A DNA stretch of 59,196 nt from a virus (taxonomy: Duplodnaviria; Caudoviricetes). Below the pieces are notes generated by a model. That model did not search any database, had not been told where the DNA came from, and saw only the letters and a list, made by a program, of their open reading frames with translations. The DNA is taken from positions 1 to 59,196 of IMG/VR virus record IMGVR_UViG_3300025357_000013. The stretch is one strand, 5' to 3'. Both the position numbers and the translations under genes were made by a program. Below, piece by piece: positions 54,694 through 59,196 of this stretch; the stretch's first letter is position 1, and each line of letters opens with the position of its first letter.

Positions 54694-57600
54694 TTTGCTA
54701 CCTGCTTAACCTGGTCGTTGAAATCCTTCATCAGATCGGAGATCCGGCTTTCGACCTTCTTGATCTCATCCTTTGAATCGCCCTTTCTCTGAAGGAATCG
54801 TTTTCTGGCATTGAGTAAGGAAAGGCGCCGCTCGACGTCATCCGCTTTTCGGATCAGCTTGGATTCGGGGTGCGACTCCTTGAATGCCTTCAATTCATCC
54901 TGTTTGTGCGCCTTTTTGAGCCCTTCGATTTCGTTCTGGGTCACGTTGAGCTCAGTTACGTTCCGGTAGAACCGATCGCGTTCAGCTGAAGCGGAATGCG
55001 CGTTTCCATAGAATCGACCCGCCAGAGGGATCTTGTACGGTGGCAGCTGTTCGCCAGTGAACAAGCTACCGACCGCCTGCTCGGCTTTGATGGCTTCTCG
55101 ACCGACGCCGCCCGTTGCCTGACCGATCAGGTAATCGATCTGATCCGGTGTCGGAGAAACGCGCCCAGGTTTGTAGTCATCCCCTCCGGTGAGCGTGTTG
55201 ATCACCTTCGCAAACCACTTCCCAAAGAGGCTGGCCGTATCCTTGGACCGCGTGAATCCGGGTGTCGGATCCAGTCCGCTTCGATCCTGCTTGGCGATCG
55301 GCCGACCAAATGCGTCGGTGTTACGCTCCAGCGCCACGATCGGATCGGTAATCGTTGGAGAGAGCACCTCAGAGATCGATTTGCCTGATCCCATCGGATT
55401 GAAGGACTCGATATAGGCCGCCATCAGGTCAAAGACCTTATCGCCTGCATGTTTGCCGCCACTCAGGACAAGCTCCATCAGGATGCGCCCGGTGTTCGGA
55501 AGAACGTGATAGCCCAGCGCATAAGGGACCGAGAAGTATTTGTCGCCTACCGGAATCACGAAATTGCGTTCGCGGGTGAACTGCGGCGGCTCATCATCGT
55601 CATAACCGGCTGCTGCCATCATCACAGCTTGGAGAACGCCCACCAGAAGACCGCCAGCAATGATTTTCTTGCCGGCCGGCCCATTCAGCGTCTCAAGGAT
55701 TCTCGCGGTTCCTTGCGCGTTGGCGTTGAAGAACGCATAGAGCGCCCCGAGTTGGGAAGCCAGCTGACCCTTCTTGTTGAAATTGACGGTCAGGTTCTTG
55801 GCGATCGCTGCGGCTTTGTCGGTGGAGATCCCTGCATCGATGGCCACTTTATAGGCTGACAAGCGAATCGCGTTTTCCGTGGTCTCATTGAAATCGGACA
55901 GCCATCCCGACAGTGGGGTGACCAGCGGGGATGCCGCTTTGCGGACCATTTCCATCGGGACTTTTAGGCGACCGTCTGCCGTAAAGAAACGACCCAGACC
56001 GTGATCTGCCCATGAGGAAGGATCCAGCATTCTCTGAATCGCTATGGCTCGATCTTCGGATGTCCGGTAATTATCGCGATAACCCGTTTTGCCTCCGTGC
56101 TCTTGGAAATCTTCCCAGAGCTTTGCCCACTGGCCGGCCGAGCGGGGTCGCCCTGCCCTGTCAGCCCGCAGATCCGCATAGATCCCGACAATCGCCGGCC
56201 CTACATGAGCCAGGACGTCTTTTTCTTTGCCGGCAATTTCCGTGCTGGTGAGATTGAGCGCGCCCGCACCCAAGTCTCTCAGCAGGTTCACCACGCCAAA
56301 GATCGGGTTGTATTGCGTATTCATCGAGGCGAACGCATGAGTAAACATGCGGACCCCAGACAGGAATGATCCCAGCTGATCAGAATCGAGGTTCTTGAGC
56401 GACTCAACCATCCGAGCGGCTCTTGGATCCCCGGTATTAAAGAAGATGAATCGATCTTTTCCGTTGACGCGCACGGCAAGGACATTGTCCCTATTGCGGA
56501 GCGCCGGGTTGATCCTGGCTGCCACAAGACCCGTCTGTTGATCGATATATCGCGTCGCCGGTTCGCGCATCAGGCCATCAATCTCATCAGGCTGCAGCCC
56601 CATCATTTGGAGCTCGTTCCGGGTGCGTCTGGGCGCTCGAATCGCTTCGGGATTGACCGGCAGCCAGAAGTTCGGATTCTCGTTCTGGATGGCAAGACCA
56701 TAAAGCGCTACGCCGACCCGGTTCTTTTCTGCGCGGACGATCGTCCTTTCGCGCTGCATCAGGATGTTGGCAATGATATCCACGACCGGCTTATCTGAGC
56801 CCATGGCCCGTTTGCTGGCTGGGCCCCTGACCGAGAAACCCTGTCCGGTTCCGTTGCCACGGTTAGAAATATCCGACTCACCACGCATCAGTGGGACGTA
56901 GAACTTATAAGCCTCATCCCATGCTGCAATCGTTTCGGGTACTTCAAGGCCTGAATCGATCAGGATCTTCTTGGTGTTGCTGTTGATCTTGTCGACCAGC
57001 CCTGCCAGCGCCTCAAGATCCTTTTGCTTTTCGGGTGACAAACCCTTCAGGTAATCCTGAGCATCTTGCGTCAGAATGCCGGATCCGCCATCGAGCATCT
57101 TGGGATTGATCTTGGCGATTTGTTCGTTTCGCTCCTGGGCATGACGGTTCCAAAGGTAGGTCTCAAGCTCATCCATCGAGACGCCCTTGTCCTGCATGGC
57201 CTTTACCAGCGGCTTGACCTCATTGGTCAGGAAATCTTCCGTCTGCTTGGCGGCGCGACCGTGGTAGAGCATTTCCTTCTGGTAGGGATTCCATTCATCC
57301 TCGATGCCCTTGATCGCTTCCTGTACCCGCTTGGTGTCGATCAGCTTGTCCTGCATCCGGTAGATGAAGTCATCCAGCGACGTTGCGCCTGGGGACGTCC
57401 ATGTGGCAAGAGGCTCTTCACCAAGGACATTTTTCTTACTGAACGCCGGGTCGTGAGAACTCCAGCTGTTATCACCATTGATGGGCGCATTGCCATCACG
57501 GAGCTTGGTGAATATCCCTGCAATGAGATCAGCGGCCTCCTGTGTTGGGCGTGTAGTTTTCCATTCTTCAGACGCCTCTTTGTACCCATACTTTTCGGCA

Positions 57601-59196
57601 AGTCGAGAAATCCAGTTGGATATAGCTCTGATGGCACGTCTGATTCTGCCGACTTTTTTTTGCGCTTCTCGTTGAGACCCAATGAGCTCTGCAAGGTACG
57701 CCAGCGCTTCGTCAACGCCTCTGGCTCTAAGGTAGGATCTGGATTCGCTGCTTTTTACAATTTCAGCGGCGTCATCGCTTTGTATCCAAAGGTCGGCTCT
57801 TTCTCTAATCCATGGATCCTTGTTGTAAAGGTCATTCATGGCTTCGATATACTGACTCTTGGTCATAAATCGCCGCAAGCCAAAATGGAGCAACTCATGC
57901 CAAAGAGTTTTGACAACATCCGACCTGTTGGCGAGTCCATTCCTGAAGAGGTACAGGCTACCGTTGAAGAGAAGCCCAGAAGCTCCGTTGCTCTCTTCGT
58001 TTACCCCGGCCACGTCAATGACCGAATCTTCAATTCGAAGGGGGATTGCAGTGGCAAATGGCTTGAGGAGATGGCTCGTGATTTCCCGGATGTCCTCGGA
58101 TGACATCCATTGATCTTCTGGCAGCGGTTCCAAAATATCGTTTTTGAAAACCTTTTCTTCGGATCCAGGACGATCCACATGCTTCATTCGGATGAAGAAT
58201 CCGCCATCCTTTTTCCATGTGTAAGGATCGATGGCTTGCGCTTCTTCCGCTGTCAGATCGCGAGCAATGACGCCCTCGATCGTTTTTCCCTTCATCGTGG
58301 TGTGCGTTATGGCCGGCGCATCGGTGACGTATCGATTGCCTTCGACCTGGCCTTTTGGAGTCGGCTTAGTTTCTGAATCAACCTGATCCGCCAGCGACGT
58401 CGCTTCCTTGCCGATACGCGCAGGCAGTGAGGATTCCTCGATGCGGTCAAAGAACTCATTGATGTCTTTTGCGCCTGAGTAATCCCTGCTCGATTGCTGG
58501 ATCCGCTTTGCCTTTTCGGGATCTTCCTGCTTTTCGAGAACAACAATGTGCGTGTTGACGCTGGTTCCCGCCCGCTCAAACACGGATGACGGCAAATAGA
58601 TATCAGCTACGGTGTAAAGGTTTTCAGACCGGCGCGCCACCTTCTCACGGCGACCAGTCGCATTGAGCTCAGTCACCCATTCTGGGTTTACGGCCGTTGC
58701 ATGGTTTGCGCCCGTCCTGCGAACAAGTAGCTGATCCCCCTGCGTCCCAATGACTTTACCTTCAGGCATCCATGCGTAGGATGTCTTGATCGTGTCGCCC
58801 ACATAAACTGGACCCAGCTCTTTTGTGCGCGCAGTAGGTTCAATCGGCGTCCGGGTTTCATCGTGAAGGAATTTATCCAGCTGCTTGTCGGCAGCGGGCC
58901 CTGCAGGAATCAAAGCCACAATGCGGCCGCCATCCCGAAGGTGCTGTGCGGCTTTTGCCAGATGATCAACCGCCGTTTTCCCACCGCTTCCGAACGGGGG
59001 GTTCATCACGATCCCGTCAAACTTATTGACGATATTGAGCTGCTCGAAGTTGGTGTCCACGATCTTGCCGTCAAACACCATGGCGAGCTTGGGAAGAAGC
59101 TGACGTGAAGGCTCGACTGCCGTGCGCTCGGTGTTCTCTGGCAGCCAGCGCGCAATCGCACCATGGCCTGCGCTGGGCTCCAGCGCTTTTTCACCC
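54690..59196 (-). CDS. Giant DarB-like polyvalent virion protein, 3' part (continuation of 8806-1)
   Basis: LEPSAGHG motif I, VMNPPFG motif IV and F..AGT.V.T (N6-MTase); WHELLH...DEALA zincin; LPD38-like C-terminus (AKNLTVNFNKKG, FFNA..QG, N.DAFGRPI, SP..IDYL....TGG.G). Confidence 0.9.
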   Translation of the reverse strand, partial: GEKALEPSAGHGAIARWLPENTERTAVEPSRQLLPKLAMVFDGKIVDTNFEQLNIVNKFDGIVMNPPFGSGGKTAVDHLAKAAQHLRDGGRIVALIPAGPAADKQLDKFLHDETRTPIEPTARTKELGPVYVGDTIKTSYAWMPEGKVIGTQGDQLLVRRTGANHATAVNPEWVTELNATGRREKVARRSENLYTVADIYLPSSVFERAGTSVNTHIVVLEKQEDPEKAKRIQQSSRDYSGAKDINEFFDRIEESSLPARIGKEATSLADQVDSETKPTPKGQVEGNRYVTDAPAITHTTMKGKTIEGVIARDLTAEEAQAIDPYTWKKDGGFFIRMKHVDRPGSEEKVFKNDILEPLPEDQWMSSEDIREITSHLLKPFATAIPLRIEDSVIDVAGVNEESNGASGLLFNGSLYLFRNGLANRSDVVKTLWHELLHFGLRRFMTKSQYIEAMNDLYNKDPWIRERADLWIQSDDAAEIVKSSESRSYLRARGVDEALAYLAELIGSQREAQKKVGRIRRAIRAISNWISRLAEKYGYKEASEEWKTTRPTQEAADLIAGIFTKLRDGNAPINGDNSWSSHDPAFSKKNVLGEEPLATWTSPGATSLDDFIYRMQDKLIDTKRVQEAIKGIEDEWNPYQKEMLYHGRAAKQTEDFLTNEVKPLVKAMQDKGVSMDELETYLWNRHAQERNEQIAKINPKMLDGGSGILTQDAQDYLKGLSPEKQKDLEALAGLVDKINSNTKKILIDSGLEVPETIAAWDEAYKFYVPLMRGESDISNRGNGTGQGFSVRGPASKRAMGSDKPVVDIIANILMQRERTIVRAEKNRVGVALYGLAIQNENPNFWLPVNPEAIRAPRRTRNELQMMGLQPDEIDGLMREPATRYIDQQTGLVAARINPALRNRDNVLAVRVNGKDRFIFFNTGDPRAARMVESLKNLDSDQLGSFLSGVRMFTHAFASMNTQYNPIFGVVNLLRDLGAGALNLTSTEIAGKEKDVLAHVGPAIVGIYADLRADRAGRPRSAGQWAKLWEDFQEHGGKTGYRDNYRTSEDRAIAIQRMLDPSSWADHGLGRFFTADGRLKVPMEMVRKAASPLVTPLSGWLSDFNETTENAIRLSAYKVAIDAGISTDKAAAIAKNLTVNFNKKGQLASQLGALYAFFNANAQGTARILETLNGPAGKKIIAGGLLVGVLQAVMMAAAGYDDDEPPQFTRERNFVIPVGDKYFSVPYALGYHVLPNTGRILMELVLSGGKHAGDKVFDLMAAYIESFNPMGSGKSISEVLSPTITDPIVALERNTDAFGRPIAKQDRSGLDPTPGFTRSKDTASLFGKWFAKVINTLTGGDDYKPGRVSPTPDQIDYLIGQATGGVGREAIKAEQAVGSLFTGEQLPPYKIPLAGRFYGNAHSASAERDRFYRNVTELNVTQNEIEGLKKAHKQDELKAFKESHPESKLIRKADDVERRLSLLNARKRFLQRKGDSKDEIKKVESRISDLMKDFNDQVKQVAK
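59036..59196. repeat. Terminal direct repeat, right copy
   Basis: Matches 1-161. Confidence 0.95.

Noticed and set aside
54690-59081. Stand-alone 1463-aa protein as given in the ORF track
   Set aside because: Its ATG is internal to the MTase domain; motif I lies upstream in the same open frame across the join.

Overview
The window is an apparently complete, circularly permuted temperate tailed phage genome of about 59,035 bp. Bases 1-161 repeat at 59036-59196 with one mismatch, which looks like an assembly overlap. Gene content resembles a lambdoid podovirus of the 933W/Stx-phage type, and the host is probably a Proteobacterium (inferred from the attP tRNA-Arg fragment and the lambda-like modules). 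The minus strand carries cro, replication and nin-like genes, lysis, terminase, portal, scaffold, capsid, tail and glycine-rich fibres, ejection proteins, a giant gene of about 4,383 codons and a bacterioferritin-like gene. The giant gene crosses the window ends and encodes M15 peptidase, DdrB-like ParB, SF2 helicase, N6-adenine MTase, HExxH and LPD38-like domains. The plus strand carries cI, bet/exo, ninB, a Tad2-like plus Gp49/Acb4-like anti-defence pair, xis/int, attP and two morons. The most unusual feature is five small ORFs nested in the +1 frame of the giant gene's linker regions, each with its own Shine-Dalgarno site. Other highlights are a degenerate bacterioferritin coupled to the giant gene, a highly structured 365-nt intergenic RNA candidate, an orphan TGT/DpdA-like gene, and an attP that carries the 5' half of a tRNA with a putative promoter. 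All family calls come from motif recognition by eye; no database searches were run.
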